From the NCBI GenBank assembly GCA_964406965.1, contig CAYOTT010000001.1, positions 65,699-129,698 on the forward strand: a DNA stretch of 64,000 nt, given 5' to 3'. Source of the DNA: an uncultured Desulfurococcales archaeon. GTDB taxonomy: Archaea > Thermoproteota > Thermoprotei_A > EX4484-217-1. Of this stretch, positions 9,533-19,069 are shown in pieces. Numbering within the stretch: position 1 is the first letter of the stretch; each line of letters starts with the position of its first letter. The translations under genes and the position numbers were made by a program. The notes beneath the pieces are model-generated. The model had not been told where the DNA came from. It worked only from the letters and a program-made list of their open reading frames with translations, and ran no database searches.

Positions 9533-11104
9533 TTGGACAAGCATGAAGAACAATCAACAATAGATGAGTTAATAGAGGAACTTAAGAGATTAAAGGCTTT
9601 AGCTAAGCAAGGAGGAGGACCTGAGAAGATAAAGCGTCAAAAAATGAAGGATAAACTTACAGCTAGAGAAAGAATAGAAAAACTTCTTGACCCAGGATCT
9701 TTTGTTGAACTCCAACCATTCGTTATACACAGGAGTACGTATTTCGGCATGGATAAGGTAAAGTACTTAGGTGATGGCGTCATTACAGGGTTCGGTACAA
9801 TAAATAGTAGGAAGGTTTACATATTCTCTCAAGACTTCACAGTAATGGGAGGCTCACTTGGCGAAATGCATGCTAAGAAAATAGAGGCATTAATAGATCT
9901 TGCGTTAAAAACCGGTGCACCTCTAATAGGACTTTACGATTCCGGAGGTGCACGAATTCAAGAAGGTGTTGCAGCATTAGACGGTTTTGGTAGAATTTTT
10001 AAAATGAATGTTAAAGCCTCAGGGATAATACCTCAAATATCTCTTATTCTTGGACCTTGTGCTGGAGGAGCTTCTTATTCCCCATCTCTTACAGATTTCA
10101 TAATAATGGTTAAGAAAATATCCTACATGTTCATAACAGGGCCTCAAGTTGTAAAAGCTGTAACAGGCGAGGAAGTCACGTTTGAAGAGCTAGGAGGAGC
10201 TGAAGTACATGCTTCAAGAAGCGGTGTAGCTCATTTTATTACGGAAACAGAAGAAGAAGCTTTTGAAATAGTTAGGGAGCTTCTATCCTATATACCATCG
10301 AATAATATGGAGGAACCACCTTATGTTGAGACAGACGATCCTGTTGAAAGAGAGAGTGACGAGTTAAACAACATAGTCCCTACTGACCCTTCAGAACCAT
10401 ATGATGTCAGAGACGTTATATTTAGAATAGTGGATGACGGTAAATTCCTTGAAGTACATAAAGATTATGCACTAAATATTGTAATAGGCTTTGGTAGATT
10501 TGGAGGTTATTCAACATGCATTGTCGCTAATCAGCCAAAATATTTAGCTGGCGTTCTTGATATAGATGCTTCAGCAAAAGCAGCTCGCTTCATAAGATTT
10601 TGCGATTCATTCAACATACCTATATTGATGCTTGTAGATGTACCAGGTTACATGCCCGGAATAGATCAAGAGCATGGTGGAATAATAAAGCATGGTGCAA
10701 AACTTGTTTACGCGTATGCTGAAGCCACTGTACCTAAAGTAACTGTTGTTCTCAGAAAAGCATATGGTGGCGCCTATATTGCCATGGGTTCAAAGAGTCT
10801 GGGGGCAGATATTGTTTTAGCATGGCCTACAGCGGAAATAGCTGTTATGGGACCTGAAGGTGCTGTTAAAATAATTTTCAAAAAGGAACTCAAGGCTTCA
10901 GAACATCCGGAGGAACTCTTTAAGAAAAGATTAAGAGAGTATAGAAGTGTGTTTGCTAATCCTTATAGGGCAGCTGAACTAGGCCTAATAGACGATGTAA
11001 TAGAGCCTAGAAGAACCCGACCTATGGTGATTAAAGCATTTGAAGCTCTTAGAAATAAGAGGGAAATTAAGCTTCCAAGAAAACACGGCAATATACCGCT
11101 TTAA
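9533..11104 (+). CDS. pccB: Acetyl-/propionyl-CoA carboxylase carboxyltransferase subunit (beta).
   Basis: Carboxyltransferase domain throughout (GGARIQEG, GPCAGGASY, AWPTAEIAVMGPEGA); TTG start. Confidence 0.9.
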   Translation: MDKHEEQSTIDELIEELKRLKALAKQGGGPEKIKRQKMKDKLTARERIEKLLDPGSFVELQPFVIHRSTYFGMDKVKYLGDGVITGFGTINSRKVYIFSQDFTVMGGSLGEMHAKKIEALIDLALKTGAPLIGLYDSGGARIQEGVAALDGFGRIFKMNVKASGIIPQISLILGPCAGGASYSPSLTDFIIMVKKISYMFITGPQVVKAVTGEEVTFEELGGAEVHASRSGVAHFITETEEEAFEIVRELLSYIPSNNMEEPPYVETDDPVERESDELNNIVPTDPSEPYDVRDVIFRIVDDGKFLEVHKDYALNIVIGFGRFGGYSTCIVANQPKYLAGVLDIDASAKAARFIRFCDSFNIPILMLVDVPGYMPGIDQEHGGIIKHGAKLVYAYAEATVPKVTVVLRKAYGGAYIAMGSKSLGADIVLAWPTAEIAVMGPEGAVKIIFKKELKASEHPEELFKKRLREYRSVFANPYRAAELGLIDDVIEPRRTRPMVIKAFEALRNKREIKLPRKHGNIPL

Positions 11105-11112
11105 ACTAGAAG

Positions 11113-11652
11113 CTAGGATGATGGGTTTATTCTTATTAGAAGCTGATTCTTTTTTACAACATTCCCCTCCCTTATAGCTACCTCCTCAACAATGCCGTCA
11201 TATTGCGACTTTATCTCATTTAACATTTTCATAGATTCCATTATTAGAAGTGTTTGACCTTTATGTACTTTATCGCCAACCTTCACTTTTACTGAAATTA
11301 TCTTTCCACTTAAAGGAGCCCTTATTTCGCCTCTTTCTACTTTAGAGTTATCATTGTTCTTAAGTAAAAAATCGCTTAAGTCATTAACTAAAGTTTTCGT
11401 TATTAAATGCTCACTAATAGAAATTTTTAAAGGCACTCCATTAACGTAGGTTAAGTTTGCTTCCGGATCGATAACAACAACATATTTCTTGCCATCAATT
11501 TCTACTTCTACTCTTGAATCGTCAGAATACAGTATTTTAGCCTTAATTTTCCCTAGTTTATCATCGGTAATTACGTATTCTTTATTGTCGATATTCTTTT
11601 CTATTTCAAACGAAACCTCTTCATCAAATCCTTTAGCTACTATTTTACGCAT
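11113..11652 (-). CDS. accB: Biotin carboxyl carrier protein.
   Basis: C-terminal biotinyl domain with the EAMKM-type motif (LIMESMKMLNEI). Confidence 0.85.
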   Translation of the reverse strand: MRKIVAKGFDEEVSFEIEKNIDNKEYVITDDKLGKIKAKILYSDDSRVEVEIDGKKYVVVIDPEANLTYVNGVPLKISISEHLITKTLVNDLSDFLLKNNDNSKVERGEIRAPLSGKIISVKVKVGDKVHKGQTLLIMESMKMLNEIKSQYDGIVEEVAIREGNVVKKNQLLIRINPSS

Positions 11653-11682
11653 ATCTTCATTCCCTCGTCCTCGAGATACTAA

Positions 11683-13179
11683 TTATGTTTGATATAAACC
11701 ATAGAGTGTTGACACTTTCCATAAGCTCATGGTTTGTAAAGGCCTTCTCTCTTTAACGACTTTACTCATAGTTCTTCTTACGGACGTCTTTTCTCTAAGC
11801 GCTAATGCTGCCGCTATGATTCTTCTTCTTTCTTCAATGCTTAATTCACTTATAAACTTGGGGAGTTTTTCGTCGAGATACTTAGTATGTATGTTTCCTT
11901 CAAGAAAGTCTTTATCATTGACTATTTTCTTGTATAAAGGTATTGTTGTTCTAATACCTTCAATAATGTATTCGGAAAGAGCTCTTCTAAGTCTCTGTAT
12001 AGCTTCCTCTCTACTTTCACCCCACACAATAAGCTTTGATATGAGCGGATTATATGTCTGCGGAACATTGAATCCCTCATAAACCCCACTATCGACTCTA
12101 ACACCTAGTCCTCCAGGTTCATGATATTTAACTATTTTTCCTGGGGTAGGTGCGAATTCTCTTAGCGGATCTTCAGCGTTTATTCTAACTTCAATAGCCC
12201 AGCCTTTTAAAGAGACCTGCCCCTGACCTATATTTAATGGTTTATCCGCAGCTATTCTTATTTGGGCTTTTACAATATCTATCCCAGTTACCATTTCGGT
12301 AACTCCGTGTTCGACTTGTAACCTAGCATTTATTTCGATAAAGTAGTATCTACCATCCTTATAAAGAAACTCTACTGTACCAGCATTCGTATAACCTATT
12401 TTTTCCGCAAGTCTTAAAGCGTCAGACGCTATTTTTACTCTTTCATCCCACATTAGGGCTTTTGAAGGTGCTTCTTCTACGAGTTTTTGAAAACGCCTTT
12501 GAATTGAACATTCTCTTTCATAGAGATGTATGATATTACCGTAATTATCGGCGATAATTTGGACTTCAATGTGCCTAGGTTTTTCAATGTATTTCTCAAT
12601 ATATACGTCTGCCATTGCGAAGGCTTTATATGCTTCTTGCTGAGCTAATTTAAAGTATCTATGAAGCTCATCTCTATTTCTCACTATTCTCATTCCTATG
12701 CCTCCACCACCACCAACAGCCTTCAGTAGAATAGGGTAGCCTAGTTTTTCAGCTACTCTTTCAGCTTCGTTAATGCTTGTAATAGGCTTTAAAGGACCAG
12801 GTATTACGGGTACTTCTGCTTTTTCAGCAGCCTTCTTAGACTCAAGCTTATTACCAGCGAGAATCATAGCTTCCGGCTCAGGACCTATGAAAACTATTCC
12901 CTCCTTAACCACTTTACTCGCAAAAATAGGGTTTTCGGCTAAGAAACCATAGCCTGGATGTACCGCATCAGCTTTAGACTTTAACGCTATATCAACTATT
13001 TCATCTATACTTATGTAGCTAGAAACCCTATAGGCTTCATCTGAGAGAATTGCGTGAAGAGCAGAAGAATCCTCTTTAGTATAAATTACTGCCGTCCTTA
13101 TTCCAAGTTCTCTTGCCGCCCTTATGATCCTTACAGCTATTTCTCCCCTATTTGCCACCAATATTTTATCAAATAGCAA
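11683..13179 (-). CDS. accC: Biotin carboxylase subunit.
   Basis: ATP-grasp biotin carboxylase motifs (KILVANRGEIA, GGGGIGMR, EMVTGIDIV). Confidence 0.9.
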   Translation of the reverse strand: MLFDKILVANRGEIAVRIIRAARELGIRTAVIYTKEDSSALHAILSDEAYRVSSYISIDEIVDIALKSKADAVHPGYGFLAENPIFASKVVKEGIVFIGPEPEAMILAGNKLESKKAAEKAEVPVIPGPLKPITSINEAERVAEKLGYPILLKAVGGGGGIGMRIVRNRDELHRYFKLAQQEAYKAFAMADVYIEKYIEKPRHIEVQIIADNYGNIIHLYERECSIQRRFQKLVEEAPSKALMWDERVKIASDALRLAEKIGYTNAGTVEFLYKDGRYYFIEINARLQVEHGVTEMVTGIDIVKAQIRIAADKPLNIGQGQVSLKGWAIEVRINAEDPLREFAPTPGKIVKYHEPGGLGVRVDSGVYEGFNVPQTYNPLISKLIVWGESREEAIQRLRRALSEYIIEGIRTTIPLYKKIVNDKDFLEGNIHTKYLDEKLPKFISELSIEERRRIIAAALALREKTSVRRTMSKVVKERRPLQTMSLWKVSTLYGLYQT

Positions 13180-13330
13180 TCTCCATTTTCTCCTCTACTC
13201 ATCCTCTTAAGCTGCATGTTTCAAAAAAATTTTTTCGTGGAAACCAATGTATTACTCCTAGTAAAAAACAGTTTAGCTTAATTTGATAATTTTCGACAAA
13301 TGACGTAAAAAAATGAATATTAGGTGACGA

Positions 13331-14107
13331 ATGATTAGTCTTGAAAATATAGAATACGATAGAGAATTACGTGATCTTGGTTTCGAAGTTTTCTATTTGA
13401 GAAAAACTTTCTCAACAATGGATTATGCTAAAGAAGCACTGACTTACGGAGGTTATCTTAAGGCAGTTATTGTTACAGAAGAACAAATTAAAGGAAGAGG
13501 AAGAAAAGGAAGAAAATGGGTCTCACCCAAAGGGGGTCTTTGGGTAACTATTGTGACACCTGTACCTCAGAGTATGTTAGAATTAATAAGTATGATAGCT
13601 GGGTTATCCGTAGTTCTCACCATAAAGGAACTCTATGGATTAAACGTTAAACTTAAGTGGCCAAACGACATTGTGTATTTAGGCTTTAAACTAGGTGGTA
13701 TACTTATTGAAAACGAATTACATGGCAGTAAGGTAGTGAGCCTAATAGGTATAGGGTTAAACTGCAACAATAACTCATTAAGTATAGGGGTTCCAGGAGC
13801 AATATCTTTACGAGAAATTCTTGGGCGGAAAATCTCTCGTATAGCATTGCTTAAAGGTATTATTAAGAACTTAGTAGCATTACTTAACAATTACTTACCT
13901 CATGATATCATACAAATATATAAAAGTCATAGCTTTACATTAAACAGGAAGGTGAAAATATTTAATGGTGAAAAAACTATTGAAGGAATTGCTGTAGACA
14001 TTACCGCTAATGGAAAATTAGTAGTTAAAACCTACGAGAATAATTTCATTACCGTAGAATTTGGCGAAATTATAGAGCATGAGGGCCTTCATTATAAGCC
14101 CGGTTAA
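13331..14107 (+). CDS. birA: Biotin-[acetyl-CoA carboxylase] ligase, monofunctional (no HTH).
   Basis: GRGRKGRKW biotin-protein-ligase motif and KWPNDI; divergent from accC-accB. Confidence 0.85.
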   Translation: MISLENIEYDRELRDLGFEVFYLRKTFSTMDYAKEALTYGGYLKAVIVTEEQIKGRGRKGRKWVSPKGGLWVTIVTPVPQSMLELISMIAGLSVVLTIKELYGLNVKLKWPNDIVYLGFKLGGILIENELHGSKVVSLIGIGLNCNNNSLSIGVPGAISLREILGRKISRIALLKGIIKNLVALLNNYLPHDIIQIYKSHSFTLNRKVKIFNGEKTIEGIAVDITANGKLVVKTYENNFITVEFGEIIEHEGLHYKPG

Positions 14108-14409
14108 AATCTAAAACGTGTTTTATGTGTTCTCTTAAGTTTAAAAACTTCCTCCCTGATGCCCCTAGCTAAATTATAGCATCCTTCACCTCGCTCTAAA
14201 ACTCCCTTTAAAATGAGGCTCTTTATTACTTTCAACGGATTTTTTATACCTAAAGCTCTAAGTTCTCTTTCAGCAAGTATTTCTCCTACTGAAATGTGTT
14301 TCACAAAATAGTAAGTAACAAGCTTTTCTTCATCAGTTAATTCTAAGTTATTTAAAGAACTTATTGTTGAAAGCACTCTAACGGCATCCTCTAGCTTAAG
14401 CATTAGCAT
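14104..14409 (-). CDS. Small putative winged-HTH regulator.
   Basis: 101 aa with a helix-rich HTH-like segment; overlaps the birA stop by 4 bp. Confidence 0.4.
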   Translation of the reverse strand: MLMLKLEDAVRVLSTISSLNNLELTDEEKLVTYYFVKHISVGEILAERELRALGIKNPLKVIKSLILKGVLERGEGCYNLARGIREEVFKLKRTHKTRFRF

Positions 14410-14518
14410 CTCTAATCACTTTACATAATAACTCACGTTAGGTCAGTGAAAGACTATGTCTAGTATTGGGATAAAAGCTTATTTGCAAAATGGTTAGTAA
14501 TTAAGCACATTACATATC

Positions 14519-14680
14519 TTAGCTTAAGGCTTCAACACTATTATAATTCCGTATTAGTAACGCTATTCCTCTACGTATTGCTTCGCTTCTTGATGTAAAA
14601 ATTCCCTTCTCAACAAGGCGGTCTATTTCTTTAAGTAACTCTTTTGGCATTTTTACTGAAACAACAACAACCTTGCCCAT
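14519..14680 (-). CDS. Ribbon-helix-helix (CopG/NikR-like) small DNA-binding protein, 53 aa. Too short for the ORF track.
   Basis: Hand translation of the minus strand gives MGKVVVVSVKMPKELLKEIDRLVEKGIFTSRSEAIRRGIALLIRNYNSVEALS*. It is paralogous to the product of 39030..39278 (FKVRRELLDRLDELVKNGYFSSRSEAIRTAIIMLI). Confidence 0.55.
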   Translation of the reverse strand: MGKVVVVSVKMPKELLKEIDRLVEKGIFTSRSEAIRRGIALLIRNYNSVEALS

Positions 14681-14760
14681 ACCAGAACTTCCTCAAGCAC
14701 TTTACTTTTCTTCGTAATTATACTTCGTTTTAATGGAAGGTTTAAAAGACTATTCCCTCA

Positions 14761-15738
14761 TCAATAATACCATGTGTTAATGAATAAGTGTTCTGATAAG
14801 CTTCTTTCAATATTTCCCTTAAAAGCTTCACAAACCCTATAGAATGGGCATGGTATAGTTTCCTTCCAATTTAAACATCGTGGCAAGGGTTTTATGCAAC
14901 ATGTTCTACCGAGGTTCCAAAGTACATCATCAAGTATTAATGGTGAAATATTTGCTTTTTCTGAAAGAATTTTGTAAGCTTTCCTAACAGTTAATCTTAT
15001 GATAACGTCTTCTTCCCAAGAGAATTCTTTACCATAAGAAATTCTTTGAATAATGTCTTTGCTAAGTTTAACTATACCTAAACGAAAAGCTATCCGTACT
15101 AAGTGGTTATCTACAGGTACTTGCAAATTCTCTTTATCTATGGGAATAAATATTCCTCTTCTTTCAAGAAATTTTACAAGTAAGTAAGGTTTTTTCTCAA
15201 CAGGATCCTCATAGGCTCTAAAAACTTTAAGCCTATCTATGAATCCTCCTTCAATGTTTTTCAACATGTTCTTGCTTTCACGGATAAGGTTCATAACACT
15301 ACCATCGTATAGTTTAACCAGTTTCCTCCCTAAATCTCTAAGAAGCATTACTCTTACATTTAAATCCCATATTTTAGCGTCATTAGTATTAAGCCACTTT
15401 CTAACATCGTTAACACTTATTTTGACAAGATTTTTAGGGTCAAAGAAATCAGGGTTGTTAACATACATTATTTTACCTAACCTGTAAAGTAAGTCAGCGC
15501 CATGGTACAGTTTACCATGCAATATTGTTTCATAGGGTTTTCCTTTATAACTTGTTCTATGATCAATAGCTACCATAGTTATGAAGTATTGAGCTACTTT
15601 TTCAGGTAAGTCATTTTTACTTGGATAATACTCTGGATTAGTAAAAGTGTCTATGTTTGAACTAAGCCCCCTAATTATTTTGCTCTTAACTAAGTAATTT
15701 GCTACCTCTGAAATTTTATCGTAATCTACCATTATCAT
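14761..15738 (-). CDS. Hypothetical protein with weak EndoIII-like (HhH-GPD-like) similarity and a C-terminal Cys4 cluster.
   Basis: VPVDNHLVRIAFRLGIV resembles the EndoIII VDTHV.RV..RLG segment; C-terminal CC-x6-C-x9-C-x5-C. Overlaps the downstream dUTPase-like gene by 4 bp. Confidence 0.35.
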   Translation of the reverse strand: MIMVDYDKISEVANYLVKSKIIRGLSSNIDTFTNPEYYPSKNDLPEKVAQYFITMVAIDHRTSYKGKPYETILHGKLYHGADLLYRLGKIMYVNNPDFFDPKNLVKISVNDVRKWLNTNDAKIWDLNVRVMLLRDLGRKLVKLYDGSVMNLIRESKNMLKNIEGGFIDRLKVFRAYEDPVEKKPYLLVKFLERRGIFIPIDKENLQVPVDNHLVRIAFRLGIVKLSKDIIQRISYGKEFSWEEDVIIRLTVRKAYKILSEKANISPLILDDVLWNLGRTCCIKPLPRCLNWKETIPCPFYRVCEAFKGNIERSLSEHLFINTWYY

Positions 15739-16211
15739 ATATTTTCACCCTTGTACTTACCATTATATTTTTTCAAAGGCTTAGAAGCCATTTTTACAAA
15801 AATTAATTGTGCTATTCTCGCATTCTTTTCAATAACTACTTCATCGACGTGTACGATCATTAAAACCTCGCTTCTACCGTAGTACCCAGGATCCCATAGT
15901 GCGCATCTAACATCTACACCCATCCTTAAAAGTGTTGAACGTGGAAAACAGAGTGCAACAGCATCTTCTGGTACGTACACGATTTCATTAATTACCACTT
16001 TGTATGCTCCTTTTTTAAGTTTCCATACATCATTCTTTAAAGGAACCTCCTCATACTTAGGCATTCTTCTTTCTTCGAAACCTACATAACCTTCAGTCAC
16101 TATTTTGAACACATGCCTTACTGTTAAATCAATACCAGCTGGTTGTACTTGCATGTTTTCGTTAATAATATTTTGTAAGTAATTTTTAGCTATATGTCCA
16201 GGCAATACCAA
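15735..16211 (-). CDS. dUTP diphosphatase / dCTP deaminase family protein.
   Basis: dUTPase-fold motifs (AGIDLTV, RSTLLRMGVDV, DPGYYGRSE). Confidence 0.7.
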   Translation of the reverse strand: MVLPGHIAKNYLQNIINENMQVQPAGIDLTVRHVFKIVTEGYVGFEERRMPKYEEVPLKNDVWKLKKGAYKVVINEIVYVPEDAVALCFPRSTLLRMGVDVRCALWDPGYYGRSEVLMIVHVDEVVIEKNARIAQLIFVKMASKPLKKYNGKYKGENI

Positions 16212-16275
16212 CTTTCATCACTTAAGGATGCTTGTATTTAAGTTCCGAAAAATATTTTATCATTTCAAAAATTTT

Positions 16276-16314
16276 AAGGGGGTAAAGCTTAAATTTTATG
16301 ATGTTTACCCCCTT
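16276..16314. promoter_or_regulatory. 11-bp inverted repeat AAGGGGGTAAA / TTTACCCCCTT (spacer 17 nt) bracketing a TATA-like box immediately upstream of the 16337 gene.
   Basis: Left arm 16276..16286, right arm 16304..16314, spacer gcttaaattttatgatg. G5 tracts at 16278-82, 16320-24 and 16330-34. Confidence 0.4.
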
Positions 16315-16336
16315 TTAAAGGGGGTGTTAGGGGGCG

Positions 16337-16723
16337 ATGACTGGGCTGGTAACTTTAGAGTATCAAGAACAGCAACCGAAAGTTATAGGACGCCATGTTT
16401 ATGGTAACCTATATGGATGCGATGAAGAAGTTCTTATGAACGAGGAGCTCCTTAGGGAAATAGTTGTTAATGCTGTAAAAATAGGTAACATGACTCTTCT
16501 TGATGTGAAATCATGGAAAATAGGGTTAGGTGTAAGTGTTCTTGCAATAGTTCTTGAAAGCCACATAGCGGTTCATACCTGGCCTGAGCATAAATTTGCA
16601 ACAGTAGATGTATACTCATGTGGTTCACATACAGATCCTGAAAAAGCATTTGATTACATAGCTAAAATGTTGAAAGCTGAGAGAGTTATTAGGAATTATG
16701 CTGATAGATCATATCTGGAATAG
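16337..16723 (+). CDS. Pyruvoyl-dependent decarboxylase of the AdoMetDC family, paralog 2. Candidate arginine decarboxylase or second AdoMetDC.
   Basis: [11 protein letters not shown] and [24 protein letters not shown]; paralogous to 4611..5030. Confidence 0.8.
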   Translation: MTGLVTLEYQEQQPKVIGRHVYGNLYGCDEEVLMNEELLREIVVNAVKIGNMTLLDVKSWKIGLGVSVLAIVLESHIAVHTWPEHKFATVDVYSCGSHTDPEKAFDYIAKMLKAERVIRNYADRSYLE

Positions 16724-16773
16724 GGATTAGCGTTCAAAAACTTCTTGAGTTTAAGCGCTTTTTTACTGAACAA

Positions 16774-17208
16774 TCATTCTTCGGCCAGAAGCTTCTCGAC
16801 TTTTGAAAGATATCGTGATGTCTTTACTGCTCTTTCGGAAACTTCAATAACATTACCCTTGTATATGACATAGTGCTTAACATTTATGTTAGGAATTATT
16901 TTCTTGCACTCCTCAACCATCATGTGTAGTTGAACACAATGAGGACTACCGTCAACTGTAAGTACACTTATTTCCTCAAGCTCGCAAGACTTAATCATCG
17001 TAATAAGTTTGAACCCTACCATGTTCATATGTTCCCATTCTAAACAAACAGCTAACGGAACTTTGTCTTCAACGTATTTCCTCAATATTTCAGGATGTTC
17101 GTCTTTAACGCATGTCCCATAAATGAGAAGTTTCTTTTTCTCCCTAATCAGCTTGGAACATGCGTTAGTATCTATAAGTCTTCTAAATTTAAAACCCTCA
17201 TACCCCAT
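16774..17208 (-). CDS. Hypothetical Cys-containing protein.
   Basis: 144-aa ORF with six Cys; no recognised family. Confidence 0.35.
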   Translation of the reverse strand: MGYEGFKFRRLIDTNACSKLIREKKKLLIYGTCVKDEHPEILRKYVEDKVPLAVCLEWEHMNMVGFKLITMIKSCELEEISVLTVDGSPHCVQLHMMVEECKKIIPNINVKHYVIYKGNVIEVSERAVKTSRYLSKVEKLLAEE

Positions 17209-17255
17209 ATACTATACCCCGAGATAACAACTAATGAGGTGCCATATTTTAAACT

Positions 17256-18422
17256 ATGCACAAATATGATATTGCAATTATTGGCTTAGGACCAGCAGGA
17301 TTATCTCTCATACATTTCCTTATGGAGGAGTCTTTCAATAAGGGCATAGTAGCGTTTGAAGCAAAGAAACATGCTGGACTAAATAATCACTGTGCAGGTC
17401 TAGTTAGCTCAACTTTTATTAGGTTAATGTGGCCTTTTACTAGAGACATAATAATTAATAGCTTTAAAGGATTTTACGTAACAACTCTTTCATCAAATAA
17501 GAGTTTACATGTTAAATTAAATAATAAAGCTTATGTCATAAACCGTGTTGAGTATGAGAGAAAAATCTTTGAAAAGATAAAGGACTCAATAACCTATAGG
17601 CTAAGAGAACCCGTTATTGATATATGGAAGAATAAAATTATTTTAAGGAAAAATAGGAGTGTTGAAGCGAAAACAATAATTATTAGTGAAGGTTCTACGC
17701 ATAAACTAAGAACCAAGATTTTAGGGAGAGGAGGCAAGGACAGAGTATATGGTATTCAAGAGGATGTTAAAGCAAAACCTGAGTACATCAATGATTTTAC
17801 GGTAATATTTTCTGACAAATACGCGAAAGAATTCTTCGGATGGCTTATACCTCTTTCAACAAATAAAGCTAGGATAGGTATTGCTGGGAATAAAGTATCA
17901 TTAAAAATGCTTCGTTTATTTGAAAAACATATTGTGAAAAAGAAGCTTATTACGGAAATCGTAGATCGCAGTAGACCTTTTGGAGGAAGCATTCTCATAA
18001 AACCTCCTAATAAAATAGACCATGTAAACTCATTAATTTTCTTGGGAGACTCAGGATACCATGTAAAACCACTTACGGGAGGAGGACTTTTTATACTTAC
18101 TCTCTTTTCTAAAGCCTTAGCTAAGGCTTTAGCATCAGTGCATAATCATGAAGAAGCCCTTAACTTGTACTATAAAGAAACGTCGATGATTCGTAAGAGG
18201 CTCCATGTACAGAACATTATTTCACGAATTATTCATAAACTAAGTGAAAGAGATAAGGCAATGATTATAGAAGCCCTATATCAAAATGAAATATTTTTAA
18301 AAGATTATGATTTTCACGAAGTAAGTTTATTATCTCTACTAGCTAATAGCAACATTTTACTCAAGATCCTTGCAAGTTCCCCCTCGATCATAAAGGAGTT
18401 TCTAAAAAGTAGGGCTCAATAA
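17256..18422 (+). CDS. FAD-dependent oxidoreductase of the geranylgeranyl reductase family (short paralog).
   Basis: N-terminal Rossmann IAIIGLGPAGLS; GGR-like length and composition. Confidence 0.65.
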   Translation: MHKYDIAIIGLGPAGLSLIHFLMEESFNKGIVAFEAKKHAGLNNHCAGLVSSTFIRLMWPFTRDIIINSFKGFYVTTLSSNKSLHVKLNNKAYVINRVEYERKIFEKIKDSITYRLREPVIDIWKNKIILRKNRSVEAKTIIISEGSTHKLRTKILGRGGKDRVYGIQEDVKAKPEYINDFTVIFSDKYAKEFFGWLIPLSTNKARIGIAGNKVSLKMLRLFEKHIVKKKLITEIVDRSRPFGGSILIKPPNKIDHVNSLIFLGDSGYHVKPLTGGGLFILTLFSKALAKALASVHNHEEALNLYYKETSMIRKRLHVQNIISRIIHKLSERDKAMIIEALYQNEIFLKDYDFHEVSLLSLLANSNILLKILASSPSIIKEFLKSRAQ

Positions 18423-18990
18423 TGCATGAAGCTATTGTTGAAACGTAGCTCACAATAATTATTCCAATTAAGCCAGCGAATGCTATGATATAAGTGTATT
18501 CTCCTACAGGTTTATTTCTAAATCTGGAAATTATTATTTGAAAAATGCCTCCTTGAAGAAGGGATATTGAGATCATGTCTCCGATTATTAGTGGAATATA
18601 CATTGCAACAACACCATAGCTTTCCATTTCAAGTAGTCCAAGAAATAAACCCTCAGCAAAATATGTATATGCAACATACGGCGGAATAAGGGTTGACATT
18701 ATAGTTGTTGAAATACGTGATAAACTAACAATGTTAAAAAGATAAAATGAATTCCCTTGACTAACACCTCTAACTGTGTCATAAAGATTGCTGCATAATT
18801 TTGTCATAGGAGACTCCTTTACCTCCTCATATAGTGGTGTAACTATTGAGCTTGCATATGAGGGATTCGTTATTGATATGGAAAAACCAAATGCTATGGA
18901 TAGAACATATATTACCATAAAAACTATTGGCAGCACTTTACTCCATATTTCAAGCTCGGCTTTTAGGAAAAGCGCTCCTCTATTTAACAC
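18388..18990 (-). CDS. Hypothetical integral membrane protein.
   Basis: Several hydrophobic helices. Confidence 0.4.
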   Translation of the reverse strand: MLNRGALFLKAELEIWSKVLPIVFMVIYVLSIAFGFSISITNPSYASSIVTPLYEEVKESPMTKLCSNLYDTVRGVSQGNSFYLFNIVSLSRISTTIMSTLIPPYVAYTYFAEGLFLGLLEMESYGVVAMYIPLIIGDMISISLLQGGIFQIIISRFRNKPVGEYTYIIAFAGLIGIIIVSYVSTIASCIIEPYFLETPL

Positions 18991-19069
18991 TTCTCCCTCC
19001 TCTTAGTAAATTTGGATAGAATATCACTATATAAATGTGGAGTTTCAGAATGATAGACGGTAAAAACCA

